Shown: positions 10,136 to 19,339 of the stretch, in pieces
Numbering within the stretch: position 1 is the first letter of the stretch
Layout: each line of letters opens with the position of its first letter
Origin: Candidatus Gastranaerophilaceae bacterium
GTDB taxonomy: Bacteria; Cyanobacteriota; Vampirovibrionia; Gastranaerophilales; Gastranaerophilaceae
Assembly (NCBI GenBank): GCA_051875105.1
Contig: JBJEGN010000108.1
Location: 501 to 64,500, forward strand
DNA: 64,000 bases
Reading direction: 5' to 3'
Program-made: the position numbers and the translations under genes
Notes under the pieces: model-generated
Seen by the model: only the letters and a program-made list of their open reading frames with translations
Database searches by the model: none
What the model was told of the DNA's origin: nothing

Positions 10136-10738
10136 CTACTTGGAATAGTACTCGATTACGAGCTGTTCCTTGAATTCGGGATCCAATTCTTCTCTTTCGG
10201 GTATTCTGTCGTATACAATTTTTTGTTCTGCTTTGTCAATTGTAATCCAAGCCGGATTGATAGCCATATCTATCATTTCTGATACGTTTTTAACAAATTC
10301 TGAACTCTTTTGCTTAACAGTAATTACATCTTGCGGTTTTACAAGATATGACGGAATATCAACTTTCTTTCCGTTTACCAATACATGCCCATGGTTAACA
10401 ATTTGACGAGCTTGTTTTCTTGTAATCGCAAAGCCAGCTCTGAAAAGAATGTTATCAAGTCTTGATTCCAACATTTGGAGAAGAATCGTACCTGTAACAC
10501 CTGTTTTTCTTGCGGCATTTTTATAATATCTGACAAACTGTTTTTCTGAAACTAAATATGTTAAACGAATTTTTTGTTTTTCAGAAAGGTGAACTGCATA
10601 ATCTGAAAGTTTCTTCTTAGCAGCACCATGTTGACCTGAATGATATTGTGTCATTGATGAGGTCAATTTTCTGTTTGATAATTCTTTAACACCGTAGTTA
10701 CGAAATAACTTATTGCCGGGTCCTGTATATCTTGCCAT
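10136..10738 (-). CDS. rpsD: 30S ribosomal protein S4
   Basis: MARYTGP start, an S4 RNA-binding domain (RLDNILFRAGFA), 200 aa. Confidence 0.95.
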   Translation of the reverse strand: MARYTGPGNKLFRNYGVKELSNRKLTSSMTQYHSGQHGAAKKKLSDYAVHLSEKQKIRLTYLVSEKQFVRYYKNAARKTGVTGTILLQMLESRLDNILFRAGFAITRKQARQIVNHGHVLVNGKKVDIPSYLVKPQDVITVKQKSSEFVKNVSEMIDMAINPAWITIDKAEQKIVYDRIPEREELDPEFKEQLVIEYYSK

Positions 10739-10763
10739 TTTTTATGACTCCTTGTTTTTATTA

Positions 10764-11150
10764 CTATACTCTGCGTTTCTTAGGAGGACGGCATCCGTTA
10801 TGCGGAATCGGGGTAACGTCTTTTATCAAAGTGATTTCCAAACCTGCTGCTTGAATTGCTCTGATAGCAGTTTCTCTACCCGTACCGGGTCCTTTAATAT
10901 ATACTTCGACCTTCTTCATTCCTTGGTCGATTGATTTCTTCGCAACCAATTCTGCTGCTGATTGTGCTGCAAAAGGAGTTCCTTTTCTTGCACCTTTGAA
11001 TCCACAGCCACCTGCAGATGCCCATGCAATAGCATTACCTTGGGTATCTGTAGAAGTTACGATTGTATTGTTGAATGTTGATTGAATATGTACAACACCC
11101 TGTAATACATTCTTCTTTTCTTTCTTTTTGGTTTTGACAGGTTTTGCCAT
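10764..11150 (-). CDS. rpsK: 30S ribosomal protein S11
   Basis: C-terminal [18 protein letters not shown] is typical of S11. Confidence 0.95.
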   Translation of the reverse strand: MAKPVKTKKKEKKNVLQGVVHIQSTFNNTIVTSTDTQGNAIAWASAGGCGFKGARKGTPFAAQSAAELVAKKSIDQGMKKVEVYIKGPGTGRETAIRAIQAAGLEITLIKDVTPIPHNGCRPPKKRRV

Positions 11151-11178
11151 TTTATTTTCCTTTTTCGTTATTTATTTA

Positions 11179-11544
11179 CTATTTCTTCTTTGAAACAGGA
11201 CCGGTTTTCTTTCCGCGTCTTGTTCTTGCATTTGTCTTCGTTCTTTGTCCTCTTGCAGGAAGTTTACGTCTGTGACGTAAGCCTCTGTATGAACCAATTT
11301 CACTTAATCTCTTGATAGCAAGTGATTCTTCTCTTCTTAAATCACCTTCGATTGTGTAATTAGCAAGTTCATTTCTGAGTTTCTTAATATCTTCATCCGT
11401 CAAATCGTCCGATCTCAAATCTTCTGAAATTCCGCAAGCAGATAAAATTTTTGCAGAACGAGCAGGACCAATTCCGAATATATAGGTCAATGCTATTATC
11501 ATTCTCTTATTACGAGGTAAATCTACCCCGGCAAGTCTTGCCAT
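11179..11544 (-). CDS. rpsM: 30S ribosomal protein S13
   Basis: [15 protein letters not shown]-terminus, 121 aa. Confidence 0.95.
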   Translation of the reverse strand: MARLAGVDLPRNKRMIIALTYIFGIGPARSAKILSACGISEDLRSDDLTDEDIKKLRNELANYTIEGDLRREESLAIKRLSEIGSYRGLRHRRKLPARGQRTKTNARTRRGKKTGPVSKKK

Positions 11545-11596
11545 GTTTGTCTCCTTGTTTCTTTTACTTTTTTTCTGTTACTCTAACAAACAAGAA

Positions 11597-11710
11597 TTAA
11601 CCTTGTCTTTGTTTGTGTTTAGGATTTTCACAAATAACTGCTACTCTTCCTTTTCTCTTAATAATTTTGCATTTTTCGCAAAGTTTCTTTACTGATGCTC
11701 TGACTTTCAT
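11597..11710 (-). CDS. rpmJ: 50S ribosomal protein L36
   Basis: Not in the ORF track because it is under 60 aa. Manual translation gives [37 protein letters not shown], and it sits in the conserved position between infA and rpsM. Confidence 0.9.
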   Translation of the reverse strand: MKVRASVKKLCEKCKIIKRKGRVAVICENPKHKQRQG

Positions 11711-11723
11711 AATTTCTTTCCTT

Positions 11724-11939
11724 TTATTTAAGTCTGTATGTGATTCTACCACGGGTAAGATCGTAAGGTGTCATTTCTACCTTTACTTTGTCGCCGGGTA
11801 ATATTCTGATGAAGTTCTTACGAATTTTACCGGAAATATGTGCCAATATCTCATGCCCATTTTCAAGTTCAACTCTAAACATCGCATTTGGCATCGCCTC
11901 TAAAATCGTTCCTTCAAATTCAATTACGTCTTTTGACAT
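11724..11939 (-). CDS. infA: translation initiation factor IF-1
   Basis: 71-aa S1-like OB fold with [34 protein letters not shown]. Confidence 0.95.
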   Translation of the reverse strand: MSKDVIEFEGTILEAMPNAMFRVELENGHEILAHISGKIRKNFIRILPGDKVKVEMTPYDLTRGRITYRLK

Positions 11940-12267
11940 CTTATTTTCCGCTATTTTTTATGTGCTTTTTCAAGGCATACTTTGCCTCGTTCCTCTATAC
12001 TACATGTTAAATCTTCTAAATCAAGTATTTTTTCTTGCTTTTCAACTTTTTTATTGAGTTCTCTTAAAATTATTCTTGCATTGTTTTTTTAAACTAAAGA
12101 AATATTCAGTTATTCTAAATCTGTCAAAAAACCCTCCTTTCAGCGCTTTATTATACTTATGTTAATATTTGTAAACACAATATTTGTTTTATATATTTAA
12201 AAAAACAATTTGGTAAAAGATTTTTTCTTTTATAGTCACACATATCGTACAAAACTGTAACTTTACA

Positions 12268-12495
12268 TCAAGAGTTATGCAATTTTGTTTCAAATTCCGC
12301 CAAAAACTCTGACAATGTGAGATTAAAACTTTTTGCTATCTTTGCCAAAATACTTAATTTCGTATCTTGTTTTCCATTTTCTATTCTACTGATTATTGCA
12401 GGGTCTATATCGGCTGATATTGCAAACTTATTCAGAGTCATGCCGCTTTCTAACCGCTTTCGCCTTACAAATTTTCCAAACTCATTCTTTAACAT
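12268..12495 (-). CDS. XRE-family helix-turn-helix transcriptional regulator
   Basis: 75 aa. SGMTLNKFAISADIDPAIISRIENGKQDTKLSILAKIAKSF matches the Cro/C1 HTH pattern. Confidence 0.75.
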   Translation of the reverse strand: MLKNEFGKFVRRKRLESGMTLNKFAISADIDPAIISRIENGKQDTKLSILAKIAKSFNLTLSEFLAEFETKLHNS

Positions 12496-12553
12496 TCATT
12501 TGATTATGAATTATTTTTCTTATAAAATCATTGAGAATTCTCAATACGCAACA

Positions 12554-12805
12554 ATGGTAATCATGGATAAAAAACTTACACTAATTGACTACGACTCTAT
12601 GACAATAAAATGTCATATTTGCAAGAAAAAAGAAAAATTTAAGTTATCAAAATTCCAAACGGAAGAATTATATATTTGCTCCCGAAATCGGTCCTTTGTA
12701 AAGGATTACGAAAAACATGGTAAAAATTTGTGTCTGTTGTGTTTTAAAGATTTTTTAATAGATTGTACAGATTTAGACGGATATGAAATATGGCAAATCA
12801 AATAA
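12554..12805 (+). CDS. small Cys-rich (CxxC...CxxC, zinc-ribbon-like) hypothetical protein
   Basis: This is the 3' part of track ORF 12317-12805. The first ATG outside the antisense overlap with the XRE gene is at 12554. It contains CHIC and CLLC pairs and lies divergent to the XRE gene. Confidence 0.35.
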   Translation: MVIMDKKLTLIDYDSMTIKCHICKKKEKFKLSKFQTEELYICSRNRSFVKDYEKHGKNLCLLCFKDFLIDCTDLDGYEIWQIK

Positions 12806-12806
12806 C

Positions 12807-13607
12807 CTAAATAATATTTTTGCCGTCATCGGAATACATTTTTTTTCTAATAGATTTTATTTCCGTAAGTTTTTGACTATTATATTCTTTTTTCAAACTT
12901 TTTAACTTGTCTATAAATACAGATAAATATTCATCTATATTATTGCCATTAAAAGAAAGCATATCCTTCGCCAAATTCAAATCTGTCATAGCAAGTCTTG
13001 TCGTATCACGAAAACCGCTTGAGGCAAGCATCATAGCAAGTTTATTATCTTTTGCAATATCAAAAAGACACTGTGAAATATACATTGGCATGTGACTGAT
13101 TAATGCAACAGCTTCATCATGCCCTTTTGCGGTTGTAACTATTGTTTTTGCACCCATTTTTTCTATTAAACTTTGTAAAACGTTTATTTCCAAACTATCA
13201 TAGGGAGTTATAACCCATTTTGCACCCTGAAAAAGCTCTTTAAATGAAGAATCATAACCGCTGTTTTCCGTACCTGCCATCGGGTGCGACGGGATAAATT
13301 TATAAGGGCGTTTTTTTTGTGTAACGAAGGTTTTAACGCTCGCAACATCAGTAACTATACAATCTTTCGAAACAATATTTTCAAGTTTATCCAAAGTTTC
13401 CAAAACCTTGTGAATAGGTGTGCAGACAAAAACCGCATCAGCCTCGGAAAGTATTTCATAATCACTCGAGCAATTTAAAACAAGGTCTTTAATTTTGTCT
13501 AAAGTTACTTTATTTCTGGTAACTGCCAATATCTCATGCTCCGTATTTACCAAATTTTTCAATATCGAACCACCGATTAAACCAAGTCCTACTATTCCGA
13601 TTTTCAT
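12807..13607 (-). CDS. tyrA: prephenate/arogenate dehydrogenase
   Basis: MKIGIVGLGLIGGS Rossmann N-terminus and an HPMAG motif. I chose the start at the third Met of the track ORF. Confidence 0.8.
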   Translation of the reverse strand: MKIGIVGLGLIGGSILKNLVNTEHEILAVTRNKVTLDKIKDLVLNCSSDYEILSEADAVFVCTPIHKVLETLDKLENIVSKDCIVTDVASVKTFVTQKKRPYKFIPSHPMAGTENSGYDSSFKELFQGAKWVITPYDSLEINVLQSLIEKMGAKTIVTTAKGHDEAVALISHMPMYISQCLFDIAKDNKLAMMLASSGFRDTTRLAMTDLNLAKDMLSFNGNNIDEYLSVFIDKLKSLKKEYNSQKLTEIKSIRKKMYSDDGKNII

Positions 13608-13810
13608 GCTCATAACCTCGAATATCATCTCTTTTGTAAAGAATTCTTAACGTTTTACTCATTATGAAAAACTTTGAAATGCCTACAAAATCATTGTATC
13701 AGCAATTTTATAGCAAGTAAACATGTAATATTTATTCACATATTTGCATAGTAAACATTTATATGTAATAATTATTTCAATTAATAGTCTAACCATTCCT
13801 TTCTTGACTT

Positions 13811-13836
13811 ATGCGGCAATAAAAGCCGCATTTTTA
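13811..13836 (+). terminator. orphan terminator-like hairpin in a divergent intergenic region
   Basis: ATGCGGC-AATAAAA-GCCGCAT followed by TTTTTATT. There is no annotated plus-strand gene upstream. Confidence 0.4.
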
Positions 13837-13884
13837 TTATGTAAAAATACATTAATTTGATATAATATAAAAAAGGAGTCACAA

Positions 13885-14442
13885 ATGGGCGGAAAATTAT
13901 TTATAATATCAGGTTCGTCAGGAGTCGGGAAAGGCACTGTAATAAAGAAGTTTACAGAAAAAGCTGATGATATTGTTTTATCTGTTTCTTCAACAACAAG
14001 AAAAGCACGCCCCGGAGAAGTTCATGGAATAAATTACTTTTTCATTGACAAAAGTGAATTTGAAAAAGACATAAAAGACGGAAATTTTCTGGAATGGGCA
14101 GAATTTGGCGGAAACAAGTACGGAACAAATAAAAATCGTGTTCAGGAAATTTTGAACAGCGGAAAAAATGTTCTGCTCGAAATAGAAGTTCAAGGAGCAA
14201 AACAAGTTAAAGAAAAAATGCCGGAAGCCGTATCAATATTTATCTTACCTCCTTCAAAAGAAGAAATTGAAAAACGCCTGCGAGGCAGAGGAACTGAAAC
14301 AGAAGAAGCAATTCAAAAGCGTTTACAGGCAATAGAATTCGAGTCAAAAGAATCAACTCACTATGATTTTAAAGTCGTTAACGACGAAGTCGAAAAAGCT
14401 GCAGAAGAAATATTTAAAATTTATACAAACAACAAGGATTGA
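13885..14442 (+). CDS. gmk: guanylate kinase
   Basis: P-loop GSSGVGKGT and STTRKARPGE motifs, 185 aa. Confidence 0.92.
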   Translation: MGGKLFIISGSSGVGKGTVIKKFTEKADDIVLSVSSTTRKARPGEVHGINYFFIDKSEFEKDIKDGNFLEWAEFGGNKYGTNKNRVQEILNSGKNVLLEIEVQGAKQVKEKMPEAVSIFILPPSKEEIEKRLRGRGTETEEAIQKRLQAIEFESKESTHYDFKVVNDEVEKAAEEIFKIYTNNKD

Positions 14443-15179
14443 AGATGCCAAAAGTTAATGACTTAATTGAAAAAATCGAAAATTTTGCCCCGCTCTCAAC
14501 CCAAGAAAAATGGGATAATTCAGGATGGCAAATTAATCTGGGGAATGAATATTTTTCTAAAATAATGACAACTTTGACTGTTACGGAAGAAGTTATAAAT
14601 CAAGCTTATGAAAAACATTGTGACTTCATTTTAGCCCATCATCCACTAATTTTTGAACCACTAAAAGTTATTAACTCAAAGGAGATTATAAAAGCAATCG
14701 AATACGGAATTCAAATATATTCCGCTCATACAAATTTAGATCTCGCAAAAGGCGGAACAACAGATACTTTAGCTGAAAAATGCGGTTTTTCAAATTGTGA
14801 TTTTTCAAACGGTTTTATTGTTGGCAAAAAGCTTGATATTGCTTTACAAGTTGATGAACTTAAAGAAAAAATCAAAAAGAATTTAAAAGTAAATTATATA
14901 AGAGAGATTAATTTAACAGACAAACAATCTATAAAATCGGTAGCTTTTTGTGCAGGAGCCGGCGGCTCGGAAATTTCCAACGTAAATAAAGTGGGGTTTG
15001 ACCTGTTTATCACAGGAGAAGTAAAATTTCATGAAGCTCTTGAAGCAGGCAACACAGTAATTTTTGAAGTCGGACATTTTGACAGCGAAAAATATGCAGG
15101 CGAAATATTTAGAAAAATTATAGGTAATTGCTACGATATTGAGGAAGCTCATGAAAAAAGCCCATTTGAAATTAACTAA
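14439..15179 (+). CDS. Nif3-like dinuclear metal center protein
   Basis: N-terminal APLSTQEKWDNSGWQI and AHHPLIF motifs typical of NIF3/YqfO. ATGA overlap with gmk. Confidence 0.85.
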   Translation: MKMPKVNDLIEKIENFAPLSTQEKWDNSGWQINLGNEYFSKIMTTLTVTEEVINQAYEKHCDFILAHHPLIFEPLKVINSKEIIKAIEYGIQIYSAHTNLDLAKGGTTDTLAEKCGFSNCDFSNGFIVGKKLDIALQVDELKEKIKKNLKVNYIREINLTDKQSIKSVAFCAGAGGSEISNVNKVGFDLFITGEVKFHEALEAGNTVIFEVGHFDSEKYAGEIFRKIIGNCYDIEEAHEKSPFEIN

Positions 15180-15705
15180 GTTTTTCTTTGTTTTTTGTCT
15201 TGTATTTCTACCATCGGAAACCTTTGCAGACAACGTTCTTCCTCCTGATTGGAATTATTTTTCGTACAGAGAAAAATCTATCATTTTTGAAAATGCGGAC
15301 ATAAAAAAATTTGAAAAAATCAGATGTAATTACAATTTTCAAAATAGTTTTGACAAACAGGAGATTACAAGATTTAAAAATTTAAAAAATATTTCACCCA
15401 AAGAACTTGCTAATGCCTATCTTGCAAGAACACTAATGAATGATAATACTTGCGAAAAATATATTATCAAAAATAATAACGACAATTTTGAAGCAATTTT
15501 TTGCTCGGCAAAACAAGAAAAATGCGAAATAATTCGATATTTTACAAGCTTTGACGGAATAATCACAACAAAATATACACATAACAATATTTGGCATTTT
15601 CAAAATAATATCGGCTCTTTCGTCGAATTTCAAAACAGAATTAGGGTTTTTCCGGACTTAAAGATATATGAATTATACGGAAATAAGGAGTTTGTAAAAA
15701 TATAA
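15151..15705 (+). CDS. secreted hypothetical protein
   Basis: The ATG at 15151 gives MKKAHLKLTKFFFVFCLVFLPSETFA, a Sec-type signal peptide. No known domain recognised. Confidence 0.5.
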   Translation: MKKAHLKLTKFFFVFCLVFLPSETFADNVLPPDWNYFSYREKSIIFENADIKKFEKIRCNYNFQNSFDKQEITRFKNLKNISPKELANAYLARTLMNDNTCEKYIIKNNNDNFEAIFCSAKQEKCEIIRYFTSFDGIITTKYTHNNIWHFQNNIGSFVEFQNRIRVFPDLKIYELYGNKEFVKI

Positions 15706-16232
15706 TGAATATTACAGGCGGAAAATACAATTCTCTAAACATAAAAACAGCAAATTTTTCAAACATCAAACCAACACTCTCTAAAATAAGACAAGCAGTA
15801 TTTAACACTCTTTCATCGTTAGGAGAGTTTAAGACATTTTGTGACGTTTTTGCAGGCTCGGGAATTATGTCTTTTGAAGCAATTTCTCGTGATTTTGACG
15901 TTATTTCAATAGAGATAGATAAAAGAAGTGCGGATTTTATCATTGAAAATTCTAAAAATTTAAAAATTCCGATAAATTTAAAAAAATATGATGCAATAAA
16001 ATTTTTAAAACAAACTGATTTAACTTTTGATGTTTTTTACCTTGACCCACCATATCAATCAGGCTTATACGAAAAAGCTTTAAAAGAAATTTTCTCAAGA
16101 AATCTCTTAAATAAAAACGGCATTATTATTTTAGAAAAACCGACAAAACTTGATGTAGAAACAAAAGATTTTGACCTTATAAAAGAAAAAATATACGCAG
16201 ATAAATCAATTATATATCTGAAAAATAAATAA
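15705..16232 (+). CDS. rsmD: 16S rRNA (guanine966-N2)-methyltransferase
   Basis: DVFAGSG SAM-binding motif and the DPPY catalytic motif, 175 aa. Confidence 0.85.
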   Translation: MNITGGKYNSLNIKTANFSNIKPTLSKIRQAVFNTLSSLGEFKTFCDVFAGSGIMSFEAISRDFDVISIEIDKRSADFIIENSKNLKIPINLKKYDAIKFLKQTDLTFDVFYLDPPYQSGLYEKALKEIFSRNLLNKNGIIILEKPTKLDVETKDFDLIKEKIYADKSIIYLKNK

Positions 16233-16285
16233 TATTTATTGCAAGATTGCAACAAATAATAATTTGATAGTATAATAAAGTTACT

Positions 16286-17443
16286 ATGGCTAAGAAAATT
16301 TCAATTATAGGATCGACAGGATCAATAGGTACACAAGCTTTGCAAGTTTTAGAAAAACTTGAAGGCAAATTTGAGGTGCTTGCACTCTCTGCAGGAAGCA
16401 ATATTCCGCTTCTTTCGGAACAAATTGTTAAATTTAAACCGCAAAAAGTTTGCGTGCAATCAATTGAATACGCAAGTATCTTAAAACAAAAATTTAAAGA
16501 TTTAGAAGTTGTTTACGGCGATGATGGTTTAGAAGAACTTTGCTCCGATACAAGAAACGACATAATTTTAGTTTCTGTTTCCGGCAAAATCGGCTTGAAA
16601 CCTACACTTACAGTTATTAAAAATCATATCGACGTTGCTCTTGCAAACAAAGAAACACTTGTTATGGCAGGCGATATCGTCATGAGAGAAGCTGCTTTAA
16701 ACGGGGTAAATATCTTACCCGTTGACAGTGAACACAGTGCAATTCACCAATGTTTAAACAACAAAAAAGGGTTGAGAAGATTAATAATCACTGCATCAGG
16801 CGGCCCGTTTTTACACAAACATGTTGCAGAAATGAAAAAAGCAACGGTTGAACAGGCACTTGCTCACCCTCGTTGGAATATGGGCAAAAAAATCACAATT
16901 GATTCTGCAACACTTATGAATAAAGGTCTTGAAGTCATTGAAGCTCATCATCTTTTCGGAGTGGATTACAAAGATATTAAAACCGTCATTCACCCTCAAA
17001 GTGTTTTACACAGTGCAGTTGAATACAAAGACGGCAGTGTTATAGGACAAATGGGACTTCCGAGCATGCATATTCCTATTCAATATGCAATTTGCTATCC
17101 TGACAGAATTGAAGGTATAAAAACAGATTCTTTCGATTTTGCGAAAATTGCAAAATTGACTTTTGAAGAACCTGATTTTGAAAAATTCCCACTTTTAAAA
17201 CTTGCCGTAGAATGCGGAAAAAAAGGCGGAAGCTATACAATTTGCCTTAATGCGGCTGATGAAGAAGCTGTATATGCTTTTCTCGACGGTAAAATCTCCT
17301 TAGGTCATATTTCAGACATTGTTTCAGATATAATTCAACATCATAAGTCTGTCACGCACCCTGACATTGACACAATTTTTGAAATTGATAAAATCGTAAG
17401 AGAACAAACTCGACAATTAATAAACAATAAATACTTAAAGTAA
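16286..17443 (+). CDS. dxr: 1-deoxy-D-xylulose 5-phosphate reductoisomerase
   Basis: [12 protein letters not shown]-terminus and LANKE, DSEHSA and HPRWNMG motifs. Confidence 0.95.
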   Translation: MAKKISIIGSTGSIGTQALQVLEKLEGKFEVLALSAGSNIPLLSEQIVKFKPQKVCVQSIEYASILKQKFKDLEVVYGDDGLEELCSDTRNDIILVSVSGKIGLKPTLTVIKNHIDVALANKETLVMAGDIVMREAALNGVNILPVDSEHSAIHQCLNNKKGLRRLIITASGGPFLHKHVAEMKKATVEQALAHPRWNMGKKITIDSATLMNKGLEVIEAHHLFGVDYKDIKTVIHPQSVLHSAVEYKDGSVIGQMGLPSMHIPIQYAICYPDRIEGIKTDSFDFAKIAKLTFEEPDFEKFPLLKLAVECGKKGGSYTICLNAADEEAVYAFLDGKISLGHISDIVSDIIQHHKSVTHPDIDTIFEIDKIVREQTRQLINNKYLK

Positions 17444-17454
17444 CGGAGTTTTTG

Positions 17455-17892
17455 ATGAAAATTTTATGCATAAACGGACCTAATTTGAATTTACTCGGGA
17501 CAAGAGAACCGGATAAATACGGAACCGTAACACTTTCACAAATTGAAGAAAACGTCAAATCAAAAGCTCAAGAGCTTGGCATTGAAGTAGATTTTTACCA
17601 AAATAATATAGAGGGTGAAATAGTCAACACAATTCAAGCTGCAAAAAGCATCTATGACGGAATAATCATTAATCCTGCAGCCTATACACACACAAGCGTT
17701 GCAATAAGAGATGCGATTTCGGCAGTTGTGATTCCTTCTGTGGAGATTCATCTTTCTAATATTCATACAAGAGAAGAATTTAGACATAAATCATTCACAG
17801 CACCGGTTTGTATCGGACAAATAACAGGATTTGGAAGCTACGGCTATATCTTAGCATTGTTTGCAATTGTTGATTATTTAAACAATCATTAA
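17455..17892 (+). CDS. aroQ: type II 3-dehydroquinate dehydratase
   Basis: [18 protein letters not shown] and the HLSNIHTRE motif. Confidence 0.92.
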   Translation: MKILCINGPNLNLLGTREPDKYGTVTLSQIEENVKSKAQELGIEVDFYQNNIEGEIVNTIQAAKSIYDGIIINPAAYTHTSVAIRDAISAVVIPSVEIHLSNIHTREEFRHKSFTAPVCIGQITGFGSYGYILALFAIVDYLNNH

Positions 17893-17958
17893 AAAATACA
17901 AATTTTGATATGACAAATGAAGTTATTTGCTTTATAATTTTTTACGGCAGGTAACGAA

Positions 17959-19326
17959 ATGCTTAATCTCGAAAATATATCAGACAGAATAAGAGAAGCG
18001 ATAGACAATGAAAATGACAAGGCTTTAAAAGAAATCCTTGACAGCTATCACTGTGCCGATTTGGTCGAGATTTTACAATATTTAAAACCTGAAGAAAGAC
18101 TTATTGCCTTCAAAGCTATTGAAGAAGATAAAGCTGCTGAAATGCTTGAATATGCACCTGCTCAACTTCAAGTTGAAATTTTATCGGAAATCGGTGAAGA
18201 ACAAGCAGCAAGATTGATTGTCAAAATGCCTCACGATGAAGTCGCCGACGTTTTTGCCGAAATGGAAGAGGACGAAAGTGAAGCTTATTTAAACAAACTT
18301 CCTGAAAAAGTTTCGAGCGAAATCAGAGAACTTCTCGCATACAAAGAGGATTCAGCCGGCGGTATTATGACACCGCACGTTTTGACCGTAAACAAGGATA
18401 TGCGGGTTGAAGATGTTCTTTCTTTCATTAAATCAAAAGCGGAACAAGATGAATTTGAACTTTATTATTTATATGTAACCGATGCACAAAAGCACCTTTT
18501 GGGCGTTGTCAGCTTGAGAGCCTTATTAACAAAGCCTTATAAAACAAAAATTGAAGAAATAATGACAACTGATATTGTCAAACTTCACATTGACGACCCA
18601 CAAGATGCGGTTGCGGATATTTTTATGAAATACCAATATTCGGCATTGCCCGTAGTCGATTTATACAATCGATTGAAAGGTATGATTACTTGGGACGACG
18701 CTCAAGATATTGTTGAAGAAGAAACAACCGAAGAAATTTACCAAACATCAGGTATTTCGACAGATTTGGTTGATGAGGACGAAATTATTTTCGGTTCGAC
18801 ATTTGATGCCGTAAGAGCAAGATGTCCTTGGCTTTTCATAACATTAATCGGAGAATTTATTGCTGCTAACGTTGCTAACAAATACGAACATACACTTGAT
18901 GCACTGCCGGTAATAGCGATATTTATGCCTTTACTTGCAGGTTTGGGCGGAAACATCGGAACTCAAAGTATTACTCTTATGGTTCGTGGTTTATCAACAG
19001 GACAAGTTACGGTAAGTTCAGCACTTTATCATATTTGGAAAGAGTTGAGAGTCGGATTATTAATTGGGATGTTTTTTGGTTTGATTGTTTCCCTTGTAAC
19101 TTGGAAATGGCAACATAACGTAGATTTGGGCATTGTTGTCGGTACGGCTATGATGATAAACATGACAATGGCAACTTTACTCGGAACAATAACACCATTC
19201 GTGTTAAAGAAGATGAAAGTTGACCCTGCGATTGCATCCGGTCCTGTAATTGCAACGACGATAGACGTTTTAGGACTGGCTATTTATTTTGGGTTAGTAA
19301 GTTTCTATCTTTTAAAAATTATTTAA
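17959..19326 (+). CDS. mgtE: magnesium transporter MgtE
   Basis: N-terminal MgtE-N domain, two CBS-like segments and a C-terminal 5-TM domain containing GLGGNIGTQS. Confidence 0.9.
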   Translation: MLNLENISDRIREAIDNENDKALKEILDSYHCADLVEILQYLKPEERLIAFKAIEEDKAAEMLEYAPAQLQVEILSEIGEEQAARLIVKMPHDEVADVFAEMEEDESEAYLNKLPEKVSSEIRELLAYKEDSAGGIMTPHVLTVNKDMRVEDVLSFIKSKAEQDEFELYYLYVTDAQKHLLGVVSLRALLTKPYKTKIEEIMTTDIVKLHIDDPQDAVADIFMKYQYSALPVVDLYNRLKGMITWDDAQDIVEEETTEEIYQTSGISTDLVDEDEIIFGSTFDAVRARCPWLFITLIGEFIAANVANKYEHTLDALPVIAIFMPLLAGLGGNIGTQSITLMVRGLSTGQVTVSSALYHIWKELRVGLLIGMFFGLIVSLVTWKWQHNVDLGIVVGTAMMINMTMATLLGTITPFVLKKMKVDPAIASGPVIATTIDVLGLAIYFGLVSFYLLKII

Positions 19327-19339
19327 GTCGGGGTAGTTT

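Noticed and set aside
11951-12090. Minus-strand open frame (…[42 protein letters not shown]) just upstream of infA.
   Set aside because: There is no ATG, GTG or TTG start after the upstream in-frame stop. At most it is a gene remnant, so it is not annotated as a feature.
12317-12553. The 5' part of track ORF 12317-12805.
   Set aside because: It is fully antisense to the XRE gene, so only the non-overlapping 3' part from 12554 is considered potentially coding.
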